A stretch of 64,000 nucleotides of DNA from the human T2T-CHM13v2.0 reference genome, Homo sapiens: the NCBI RefSeq assembly GCF_009914755.1, contig NC_060931.1; one strand, written 5' to 3'. The translations under genes were made by a program, and so were the position numbers. Of the stretch, positions 46,760-60,356 are shown piece by piece (position 1 is the first letter of the stretch; every line of letters starts with the position of its first letter). The notes beneath the pieces were generated by a model. The model was not told the origin of the DNA, made no database searches, and saw nothing but the letters and a program-made list of their open reading frames with translations.

Positions 46760-47914
46760 TTAAACACAAGGGGATTAAGACCATGAAGTTAAATAAAATA
46801 ATCAAGACTAATTTTTATTTTATTTTATTTATTTATTTTTTATTCAAGCACCAACGTGAACCAGATAATTTTTTTAAAATGATAATACTGTTACAACCAA
46901 GACTCAGTACTCTAGTGTTTATATTGTGTATTTTATATAAAATTACACAAAATAGCCATAAAATAATCAAATCCAGATACACTGTTTTGACTTCTGCTAC
47001 AACTACACGTGTCTCCATAAAACAGAAAAGGCAGTTAAGAAAAATGGGATGCTCCCTCCTCAGACTGGGTTTCGGGAGCAAACAAACAAACAAAAAAACA
47101 TAAAATATAAGCACCCCACCCATGCTTCTGATCCTGTCTTCCCTTTCTGGTATGGTAGTACCGGAAGAAAGGAAATCAGGAACTGGCTTGTTTCTGCAGC
47201 ACTGGAGAGGACTGTGGTTTGTTGGGGAATTACGCACCTTAGCGCACTCTAAGAAAAGGAAGTAGGAAGCTTGTCTCTGAAGGCACAGCTTGCCCCATTA
47301 AGTTGGTTCATGGAGACCCATCCCTATCCCTTACAACTTCTCACTCAAGAATAAGCTACTCAGTCAAAACAGTGGCCAGAATCTGACTAACCATAGTCCA
47401 GGAGGAATGACTATTAATTTTATTTCCCAAAGCATTCATACTGAGATAAAAATTCTCAAGAAAAGCTCTTACCTTGAGAGTAAGGATGAAGATTCAATGT
47501 GACATTTGGGGCATTTTATTTTTATCTTTATGTTCAAAACACCAAAATAAATAAGACTTGTTTCAATTTTAAATCATTTGTGCAAAGATGGCTTAACTTG
47601 GTTTTTTGAAAAAGCAGAAGAGGTAGGAAAGGATTGAGATAAACTGTCGTTGATTTCTCAAGCCAACCCAGAAACCAATAATCAATTTCCTTTGAAGGCT
47701 GTGTACATACCAACAATATGTCAAATTATATTCTCCTTCATTCAAATACCACGACTGTTTTTTTGTCCCCTGTGTGATCGAATTATCTTATTTCTATGAA
47801 AGAAGAAGCATTTATCTTCTAATCACATCACCAAAATTTTTCGGGTTGAATAGATTTTATCTCAATCTTGTTAAAGGCTTTCTTTTTTTTTCAGAACCAC
47901 TGACTGCCTACAGA

Positions 47915-48135
47915 CACAGAAACCAAATTGTCTGGGCTTGAATTCAGTGCCACGACTTGGGAAAGTCATTGAATTATGCGTGTGTCTTGATTTCCCCATT
48001 GTACAATGGTAATAATAGTAATCCTACTGTTGGGACTGATGAGAGGGATTCAGTTTATATGAGTATACTTAGAACAGTGACTTCTAATGTACTTAGATCA
48101 GTGACTTCCACAAAATATGCTGTAATTAGTGTTAT
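47915..48135. mobile_element. MIR fragment
   Basis: 'gacttgggaaagtcattgaatt...ccccattgtacaatggtaataatag'. Confidence 0.6.
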
Positions 48136-48773
48136 ATATTATTTTTACTTGTTGTTGTTATTCATGTCTCTTTCATTCTAGGCCCATTCCAGAGCCATCA
48201 TTCTTGAATACTTTTCTTGGCATTCCTAGAACAACTGCACTATTGCACATGTTCCTCTTAGTTTCTCCCATCATGTTTGCTGGAGTACAGCCACAAATAA
48301 ATTTCTTAGAAAGAATGACTCAGATAACATTTCTATTTTCTTGTCTGAAAAATGACTGTATTGTGCTGTGAAACTTTAATGCTGAGTGGCTGGAAATACT
48401 GGTATACAATTATTTTCTATTAAAACTTAGAAGACACTGCTTCTTTGTCCTCACTCATACTACATTAGTGATCAAAGTCTAGTGCTACTTGAATAGTTGT
48501 ACATTTATTAGTGACATGTCATTTTTCTCTGGAAACATTTTTACAATCTCTTGGAATTTTTTAAAACTTTTTCCACTGAAAGTTTAGAAGGTTTATCAAT
48601 ATATGGGCCTTTCTTCATTTTTTTTCTATAGGCCCTTGGAGGGCTATGCAATCTAATGATTTTTTACTTTCTTCAACAATGAGAAATTAATTCAAATATT
48701 TATTATGAAATATTTTTATCCATTTTTCTGATATTTTTATTAATGTATTTTCTTCTTTTAAAAATTTATTTAT

Positions 48774-49246
48774 GAAGGAAAGAGGTTTAATTGGTTCATA
48801 GTTCCACATGGCTGGGGAGTCCTCACAATCATGGCAGAAGGCAAAGAAGGAGAAAAGTCATGTCTTACATGGTGTACAGAAGAAGTGCAGGGGAGCTCCC
48901 CTTTATAAAACCATCAGATATTGTGAGACTTATTCACTATCATGAGAACAGCATGGGAAAAACCAACACCCATGATTCAATTACCTTCCACCAGGTCTCT
49001 CCCACACATGTGGGAATTATTGGAGCTAAAAGTCAGGATGAGATTTGGGTAGGGACACAGCCAAACCATATCATTCCGCCCCTGGCCCCTCCCAAATCTC
49101 ACGTCCTCACATTTCAAAAGATGGCTTCCTAACAGTCCCCTAAAGTCATAACTCATTTCAGCATTAACGCAAAAACCCACAGTCTAAAGTCTCATCTAAG
49201 ACAAGGCAATTCCCTTCCACCTATGAGTCTGTAAAATCAAAAACAA
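48774..49246 (-). mobile_element. THE1 MaLR partial LTR plus adjacent internal sequence
   Basis: LTR ends 'gggacacagccaaaccatatca' (49073), followed by THE1-int 'ttccgcccctggcccctcccaaatctc...tgtaaaatcaaaa'. Confidence 0.88.
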
Positions 49247-49676
49247 CCTCCTGGATTAATTTTCTATAAATTTTTATCTCTTTTCTCTCAGTTTTTGAAT
49301 TTTGCATTCTGCCAGACTTATATTTGGGTATATGTGTTATGTGTGTGTATTTCTTTTATTTCAAAGGGCTTTTTCCTGGTCTCTAAATGTTGCCTGTTTA
49401 TAGCATTTGATTCTTACTTTATAAATTTGTCTTTACATATCAATCATAATTTTTAAATTCTCTTCTAATTCCTGAGTTACCTTTGTAATTTTTGGTCTTT
49501 TGAATTAGCTATTCTGTTAGTTTTTCACCTTATTGCTGTTAATTTTCTTCATTTGCTGAATTATCCTTAACCATTTATTTCTATTTTAACAATTAGAAAT
49601 TGGGTTAATCTAAATATTATGTATGAATTTCCTCCACCGTTGTACATGTAAGTCCTTTTCCCTAATCAGTTGCCTC

Positions 49677-51476
<1,800 letters not shown>

Positions 51477-52427
51477 TAGACATTTAAAGATAATATGGCT
51501 AAGAAAGAGCAGAAATTTTATGTTTCCATATGTGGGAAAACATTCTTCTTCTGTTTTGAAAAGCAAAATTTCATCTCACTTGAATGATGGTAATTGCAAC
51601 AACAAACATATTAATAAAATTATGCTCATTTTCTTTAATTTTCATCCTGTCCAATATGATTTTACCACTTTCCATATACAACTTGTTTATTTTTAAGTAC
51701 AGTTACTACTCCAACTTGCTCAATTGCATCTAAACTTTAAAAAATAAGCAAAACCCCATATTATTTTGGTATTAATATCAAATATTTATATAATATTTTA
51801 CTTTATTATAATCTTTCACAGGTACCATGTTATTTGAACCTCATATAGATGATATAGAGTACCTAAAGGAAAAGATTATTATCCTAATCTTACACACATG
51901 GGAATAAATATTCAGAGAGATTCAGTCACTTTCCCAAGCTAGTAAGTGAAATCGCACAATCTGATGGTTTCCAGACCTAAAGCTAGAGATCTCTGAGCAG
52001 TGTGTTCCAATAATTTTATCTCCTCAGGTTTTAGGCTGCCAGGCAGAGTTTATGTGCCATTAATCATCTAGCCAGTTGTCTTTATCTGCGAGAAACCTCA
52101 TTCTTTAGACCTGTGGGCCATATACATATCGTCATTTTTACATGTATCCCTTAATAGAAACATAGTTGGAAAGTATTGCTACAGGCCACCAGTGTCTCCT
52201 AGAGACATTTACCTAAATAAGTGTTCTCTATTCTAAACACATCCTGATATTAAGTTATTAAATCTTATCATGTGGCCTTACCTAAAGTGCATTTCTCTCT
52301 TTAGATCATATACCAATTCTTGACCACATATCTCTTACTATATTTCAACAAGAAACAGCTAAAGAAATATCTCTGTATATACTTCAGGAAGATAGAGAAA
52401 TAAATGGATTAATGGATGAATAGATAT

Positions 52428-52468
52428 ATGATAGATAGATAGATAGATAGATAGACAGATGATAGATA
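52428..52468. repeat. Interrupted (GATA)n tetranucleotide repeat
   Basis: atagatagatagatagatagatagacagatgatagata. Confidence 0.85.
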
Positions 52469-54094
52469 CTTGTAGATACAGACTATGCTTGATGCTCTAA
52501 ATCCAAATAAGTGTCCAATTAATTAGCTATTTTCTTCTCAAGTTGAAGTTCAACATGCCTTTGGATGCTATGGCAATAATTAAGGTTCTAATACACTCAA
52601 TAAAAGTAACAAAAATGTAACTTTTGAATATTGCTTTACTATTCACAATCTGCTGGGTACTTTTATATGTGTTTTCTCTTTTAAGTTTTCACAATAATTT
52701 TGTGAATTATCCATTATTCCATGATTATCCCTAAGTTTCAAATGAGAAAGTGTTTATTTGTTAGATATAGTTCCTTTTACAATTACTTTAAGTTCATTAT
52801 CAGCCTAGAACTTCCTAAATGTTCTGAGGAATGATCCTGACTAGCCATCTCATTTCTGCTAAACAAATCCTTCCACTAATGTTTATTATTTGGTCTCCTT
52901 GTAATAACTCACAAAATTCTTAGAATGTAATGTTTTCTCTTTCTTGACTAACATATCCTGAGACTAAATGAGTTATTCAGCTATCCTGAGCTAGGGTTAT
53001 TAGTTCCACCTACATCCTCAAACTTTCAGAATCCTCATCTCCACCTAAAGTAAAGGATTTAAAAATAGACCACAGTTTTCAATATAAAATTTTCTTAAAA
53101 ACACAGAACTATTAAAAGACATAATTCCTACCAAGGAGAAAAGATGGTCATTTCATCACACAAATCCTTTATAATTGGTATCTCTCCATTGGCAGTGCAT
53201 TTGCTAGTAATCCCCTTAAGATTAGAGGGTGACAAACTCACAGCAGTGCAGAAGGAGCACACAGTAACAAATGGGAATCGTGAGGACAGAAAATCACATG
53301 ACTAGAACAGATTCAGAATCCTGGGCTGCTTTATCTACCACCCGACATTCTGCCTTTCAGCAAAAATAGTGCCATAATGTGCTCCACAGGCCCAAAGTCA
53401 AACTCAATCCCCATTCTCACATAAATATTTCATATTAAAGAAACTGTTTCAGAGCCTCAGAGCCCACACAAGCTTGTTTCAAAATGACAGATGACCCTCT
53501 GCCCTACGGAGACCGATTTCACTGACTACCTCAGTGTAAGTTTTGGAAAGAGTATCCTGTGATGAATTTCAGCAACAACAGTTATTCTGCTGTTCACAAG
53601 CCTAACAGCCAGGCAGCAATGAAGAGCCTTGACACCAAATTCCTAGCCTTAGGTTCAGCAGTCAGGACAGCAATCTCCTTGAATGTCTGGTAGACACTTC
53701 CCCGCCTTAGTGCTTGATATGTGGCAGATTATTAACTTCAGAATTGTCAGAATGACAAACAAGGGGAAAGCACACTCTGAAGAGTGCTTGATATTAGGAA
53801 TGCCTTGTTTTTAATGTTAGTCAGGGACTTTAAAAAGCTTATATTCTAACTGACCATTATATTAAAGTTAACAATGCTGACCTAAAAACACCAATAGTCT
53901 CGTCAGTTCTTTACCAAAATGTCTGTATTCTTGGACAGACACCAAAAGCCTTTCATCTTTATAAACTTCCAGCATTCCTAGATCCAACAGCAGACATATT
54001 TCCACTCTTTATTCTACCAGGTCCAAAATAACAGAAAAGTAGTGGAAAGAGAGATGGCAATGGGTTGGTATTTACAAAGCATTTTCCTGTTTTA

Positions 54095-54262
54095 TCCATC
54101 CATTCATTTATTCAGTTAATCATCAGTATTTATTGGGCATCCATTATATGTTAGTCAGTGGTATGGCTATGGAGTGGTAAGATAAAATCAAGTTCTATGA
54201 GCAGATCCAAGTCTAGTGGGGTTATAGGGAGAGGGGGAGAGAGAGAGAGAGAGAGAGAGAGA

Positions 54263-54294
<32 letters not shown>

Positions 54295-55045
54295 ATTAAT
54301 AGGTAACCATGAGCCAGATATAATGTAGAACTTCATGGCCATAAAATAAAAAAAAATATATTCATATACTTTTCTAAGTTTGATTAGAAGCTAAAGAAAA
54401 CATCTGAGCAGGAAAAGAACATGATCAGATTTACTCTGTAGACATATCCCTTTGGCTTCACTGTGAAGAATGTGAGAAAATACAGAAGTAGAGCAACCAG
54501 TTGGGAGTTCAAGACAAGTGTTGGAACGAACTGAAGGTATTTAAGACTAGGGTAAGATTGTCAAGGGGGTTAAAAATTTACCAATTTTGAACAATTTTGA
54601 AGTTAGATCTAAGAAAAGTGAACGTGGGGCTTGAGAAAACAATCCAGAAAAGCTCTTAAATTTCTCTAAACAGCTGGATGGCTGGTGCTACATGCTGAAA
54701 TCAGGAGAACTTAAGGGATGGCAGCAACTAAGAGTTCTATATTAGGTCTAGAATTATGAATGCCTTGTAGACATGCAGTAGAATTATTACATTGGCAGTT
54801 GGATATACAGATCCGAGAGAGGTTCAGGATGAAGCTGCAAATTGAAGATTCATCCATCTACCATATAGGTGATATTTAAATCTATGAGATTAAGTAAAAT
54901 CAGTTATGGGGTGAGAGTAGACAGAGAAGTGAAGTCTAAGGGTTTAACTTTGGAGCAGTTAGTCAGAAATGCTAAGTGAAGAGGCTGATTCATGAAAGGA
55001 GACTAAGTCATGAGTAAAATAAGAGGAAAATCAGGATAGTGTTTT
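54095..55045 (-). mobile_element. L2 remnant
   Basis: 'tcattcatttattcag...tatttattgggcatccattatatg' 3' end; 'gcagttggatatacag'; 'ggaaaatcaggatagtgt'. Confidence 0.7.
54237..54286. repeat. (GA)13(GT)12 compound microsatellite
   Basis: Read directly. Confidence 0.95.
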
Positions 55046-55651
55046 TTTGTTCATATTCACTTTGGCTGCAGGAATCATTTTGGGGAGTGTGAGGTAGTGT
55101 TACCTCCAATAAGAAGTGACCACAGTTCATCTAGTCTAAGATGGCCTTTGTTTTCCACATTTACATCACTGATATCAGCATGCATCTTGTAATACTGGTG
55201 TCTTCAGATTGTGTCACAATTTAATTGGCAGAGTTTTTAATGCTGGTACATAAAATAATAGTGCATTTTGTAATTTGTATACAAATTTTATTGGATCTAA
55301 TTCTTTTGGATCTATTTCTTTTAGATCTAATTCTTTTAGATCCAATGAAATTTAATAAGATGACTATACAACACAGCACAAACACAGGTTAGAGATATTT
55401 CTCTCTTTCTCTGTTTCTCACTGTCTCTTGTCTCTTTCTCCATTACCATTACCATATTTAATTATTTGAATACTTAAGGATTCTTGAGAATTTCTTAAGA
55501 GAAAATTTATTTTCCTAATCGAAAATAATAAGTAGGCAACAAATTAATGAGTTCCTACATATGATATTTGAGAAGAAGGATAAATTCCCATGGTATATTA
55601 TCTGTATGTTTATCATCACATATAATACTTCATAAAGGGAGGATAAATATA

Positions 55652-56061
55652 CAGATGTTCCTTGAATTACAGTGGGTTTACATCCCAATAAACCCATTAT
55701 AAGTTGAAATATTGTAAATAAAAATGTATTTAATACACCTAAACCACCAAACACAATAGCTTAGCCTCACCTACTGTAAATGTGCCCAGAACACTTAGTA
55801 GCCTACAGTCGAGCAAAATCATCTCATGACACAGTACATTGTACAGTGTCAGTTGTTTACGCTCATGACTGTAGCTGACTGGGAGCTGAGGCTCACAACT
55901 GCTGCGTAGCATCTTAAGAATATCGTACCACATATCCCTAGCCTGGGGAAAGATCAAAATTCAAAATTTGAAATACAGTTTCTACTGAATAAATACCACT
56001 TTTGCACCATCATGAAATAGAACAATTCAAAGTCAATCCATTATAAACTGGGGATTATCTG
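55652..56061. mobile_element. MER82 (Tigger-family) non-autonomous DNA transposon
   Basis: TA|cagatgttccttgaattac... and ...gggattatctg|TG inverted ends. Internal 'tagcttagcctcacctac' and 'aaagatcaaaattcaaaatttgaa'. Confidence 0.8.
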
Positions 56062-57505
56062 TGTTATGCTCTGATTATAAATCCATCAAATGAAAACTTA
56101 CTCTGTTATTTATCAAGCAATACATTTAAACTATTCTTATAAATTTCACAACTAAAACATATCTTGATAAAATGTTAATGATTACTTTCAATTTACTAGA
56201 AATAAAGAAAATTATGGCACATGCTAGAAAAAAACTTTTGTTCATGGTAATTTTGCAACAAAATTGTATCTTCAAATATTTAATAATTGCTCTTATAATG
56301 AAAATTGGCCTTGGAAGTGAATGTAAACTATACAGCTATCCAAAATTGTTATGTAACTGGAAGTAGTAAACAACTCATTATTTTATCAAAAAGTAGTTAG
56401 CAGTATATAGTCATTGTACATTTGTCATATACAGGAGTTGTTTTGCATTGTAACAAGCTGATATTCCTGCCTAAATTAAATATTGAAAAATTATCAGCAA
56501 AATATGTGAAGTATATGGATATGGAGAATACCAATATTTGCAACTCATTCCTGCTACCAGTAATTTTTAAATGGAGATAAATAAATAGGATACTGCTGGA
56601 TTGGGGACTGTTTTATAATTTTCTTGCAGTTTGTTTTCATTAGGTTATTAAGTTGTTACTCTGTTTCAAAGTTGAGGATGAACAATTACCCTGGTTTACC
56701 ATTTTGTAAACAAGTATTCATGTCAGTGACACTAAATTGTTCAGCTGCAGTAATGAGTCAAAGATCAATTAAGCACAAGACCCATAATGGATCAAGGCAC
56801 AAAGATTTTTTTTTCCCCCAATCCATTTGAATTTAGAAAGAGACAGCCTGGCTTAATCTGTCTTCTGAAACGCAAGGTCAGCAGACTGGAGGATATCAGC
56901 TGCCACTCTTTTTGACATCTCCAATCAATCAACCTTGATTAGCCATGGAATTGGACTTCAGAGTTAAGAAAATTATGTTTCTCACCTCCTCTACTAATGC
57001 TTGAGATGAAAGCAAAATGCATCTTGATTTTAAATTTTAAACAAATTGTGAAGTCCAATTTTTATGTATTACTCAAGCCTTGTCTGTAAGACCCATAAAT
57101 TCACAAAGTTAAAATGTATTTCAATAAAGAGCCAGACAGCTTTTTTATTTAAAAATGGAATTACATTTCTAAATTATAACATAAATATAACTTTAAATTA
57201 CATATCTCACAGAATTATTTTTATCCAAACATCACATTTATTGCTACAGAGAAAGTGATTTCTAATTAGATGAAATAAAAAAAATAGTCTGCAGGGTATG
57301 TTTCCCCAATGACCATGAAAACAATTTGCATTTCAGGGATTAGAGTATATATTTTTATTAGAAGAATGACAAGGCCAAATGAAACCCAGACAATCTGACT
57401 ACAAAGCCAAAGCTAAGCAGACCAATGGAAGCAAAACCATCTGGAATATTTGGCGTCATGCTCATAGAATACCCAAAATTGGAAATGGGTCACTTTGTTG
57501 AAGTT

Positions 57506-57506
<1 letters not shown>

Positions 57507-57554
<48 letters not shown>
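57507..57554. repeat. (GT)24 microsatellite
   Basis: Perfect dinucleotide run. Confidence 0.97.
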
Positions 57555-57557
<3 letters not shown>

Positions 57558-59017
57558 TCTAACAGGGACTCTTTGTTTTCTTTTCTTTGGTGATGTTTTC
57601 CTGGTATGCCCAGATTTGTTCTATGCAAAGGCTATGTAATTTATCTCTGAGTATGACTGCATCATCTCCTTCTTCTCTCTGCCCTCTCATCCCATTTCAG
57701 AGATTTTTTTCTACAACCTTGGCCTTGTCCTTTGTTTTGCCTAGGCCATGTTAACGTAATCCACTAACATATTTTATTTGAGTAAATCCATTTTGTTTTG
57801 CTTAAAATATTGGGTTATATGATTCAACTCTCCATTTAACACTTGTGAACAACTTGTTTTTACCATATTCTCCAGCTATAAAATGTGTGGTCTTTTGGAG
57901 TCAGTATCTGTATTGAGAAATTTAATACGCTTCATATTACTAAAAAAAAGACACACTTTCTTTCATATTTCTGCCAAGAGGTGAGATCTGTTACCTGTCC
58001 ACACATGTTTCCCATTTGCTACTTAATACTATTAGAGGAGTTCCTGCTTCAAGTTTTGGGAACCTTGCTTGCCATTTCCTATGACTTCTCAATAGGTGAT
58101 TTATGAAACACAACCATAGTTTGCATGTTTACAAAATGTTTATGCAGGCGTTTCTTCATGGCTTCTACATGGCAAATGAAGATTCAAATTTTCCTTGTGA
58201 ATTGGTTTCTAGATTTATTGCCTATGAAGACCTGGGGAAACCCTAGACAATCTTACAGTTCCTGCTCCCTAGGATGTCTATTGAAAAGTGTACTCCTCAT
58301 CTCCAATGTTGCAGACACAATAAATAAAATAAAGTGGTAAAATGATGACAAAGACACAAGTAACCTAGTATAAGTCTTGTTGTGGCTGGGAAAAGAAAAG
58401 ATAAATCTTTCACATCCATATTTTTACAGGGTAATTTTCATTAAAAAATTACTTCTGGCTATAATGCTCAGATGAATTGACTAGTCAGGCTAGTGTATTA
58501 TAAGTACTAAAAAAGATGAATGGAAAACAATATGGCATTGGTTATCAACGAGGGTCAAAATACAATAATCTCACTCTGGAGTGAAAAAGTAATCCAAAGA
58601 TCCAAATGAGGATGACAAGTCATAGTGAGAAGCACAGGGAAGTACAGTCAAATCTACTAAGCAAAAGTCAGCAAGGGTAGCTACAGAGGTTGAATAAGTT
58701 CAAGAGAAAGGTAAAAGTGTTACAAGTTAAGATGAAGGTGCCTGGGAACACTAACTTCAATGACTTGATGGGTGCTTCTAACTCCACCTGACTGTAGCTT
58801 ATAAGTTACCTTTTGGGGATTTAATAACCTATGGCCTCATAAACTACATGTATGACTATCTCACAGAGAAGATAGAGGATAATAAGAGCTGTCCAATCAT
58901 TGCTTGAAGATATGTTATCAAATGTCCCTTTTTCAGATTACAGTCACTAATGTTAATTATTAAATCATTAAACATATGAAAATTTCTTTGGCAGAATAAA
59001 CCATAGGCTTGGACATA

Positions 59018-60356
59018 TAAGCGATCTTCAAAATGTTTGTGGAAAATGTGTATTATGAAAAAAGTATGTATGGATTTCCATTTTTTGCACCAAAATAAAC
59101 TCCTGCTAACTTATTATGACATGTCTGAATAGAATATAGTTTGAGATACTAAGAAGAATAACACATCAATTTGAAAAGAGCCCCTATAAGAGCAACCTTA
59201 ATATGCTAAAATTGAAGCAAGAACAAACATCAAATGTATGGTGAAGCTTGAGTGGATGAATGGTGAATTCATGGATTCTTTACAAAAAGTTTATGGGAAC
59301 AATGCCCCATATAAATCAGCAGTTTATAGAAACTTATTTTAAGATGGGTTGAGATGATGTTGAAGATGAAGCCTACAGTGGCAAACCATCCACATCTATT
59401 TGCAAGAAAAAAATATTTGTCTGTTCTCAAATTGAATAGGACTGGCAATTCATGGCAGAAACAATAGCCAATATCATAGACATCTCCATTGTTTTAGCTT
59501 ACACAATTGTGACTGAAAAATTAAAGCTGAGCAAAATTTCCACTGAATGTGTACCAAAACCATTGTACCCAGATCAACTGTAGACAAGAGCAGAGTTTTC
59601 AATGGAAATTTTAAACAAGTAGGATAAAGATCCTAAAGTGTTTCTTTCAAGAATTGTAACAGGAGATAAAATATGGCTTTACCAGTATGATCCTGAAGAC
59701 AAAACACAATCAAAGCAATGGCTACCAAGAGGTGGACATGGTCCAGTCACAGCAAAAGTAGCCTGGTCAGGAACAAAGGTCACAGCACTGTTTATTTTGT
59801 GTGATACTCAAGGCATTTTCTTGTTGACTTTCTGAAGGACCAAAGAATGGTAACATCTGCTTATTATGAGGGTGTTTTGAGAAAGTTAGCCAAAGCTTTA
59901 GCAGAAAAATGTCCAGGACAGTCTCGCCAGAGAGTCTTTGTCCACCACAGCAATGCTTCTGCTAATTCCTCTCAGCAAACAAGGGTAATTTTGCAAGAGT
60001 TCCTACGGGAAATCATTAGGCAACCACGTCACCATTCTGATTTGGCTCCTTCTGATTTCTTTTTGGTTCCTGATGTTAAGCAATCTTTAAAGGGCATCTG
60101 TCTTTCTTTAGTTAATAATGTCAAAAAGACAGCATTGACATAGTTAACTTCCCAGGATCCTCAGTTCTTTAGAGATGCACTAAATGGCTGGTATCATCAC
60201 TTATAAATGTGTATTACTCTGATGGAGTTTATATTGAAAAATAAAGTTTACGTTTTATGCTTATCTTTTATTTTGGAGTTTATATTGAAAAATAAAGTTT
60301 ATTTTTATACTTATCTTTTACTTTTATTTTGTCATGAGCTTTTTGAAGCCCTCTTG
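59018..60356 (+). mobile_element. Full-length degenerate Hsmar2 mariner transposon
   Basis: TA flanks at 59016-17 and 60357-58. Degenerate terminal inverted repeats ('tcttcaaaatgtttgtggaaaatg' / 'ttttgtcatgagctttttgaagccc'). Length ~1.34 kb. Confidence 0.9.
59200..60244 (+). pseudogene. Hsmar2 mariner transposase pseudogene
   Basis: AKIEARTNIK.MVKL N-terminus; IVTGDKIW, HHSNA (catalytic D replaced by S) and SDLAPSDFFL motifs. Multiple stops and frameshifts. Confidence 0.9.

Noticed and set aside
46783-47252. Overlapping 106-134 aa ORFs in non-repeat DNA
   Set aside because: Low-complexity, AT-driven composition with no domain or splice support; expected by chance.
59638-60143. Domesticated transposase or SETMAR-like gene
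   Set aside because: The sequence is Hsmar2-like rather than Hsmar1, it is broken by stops, and a catalytic residue is lost.
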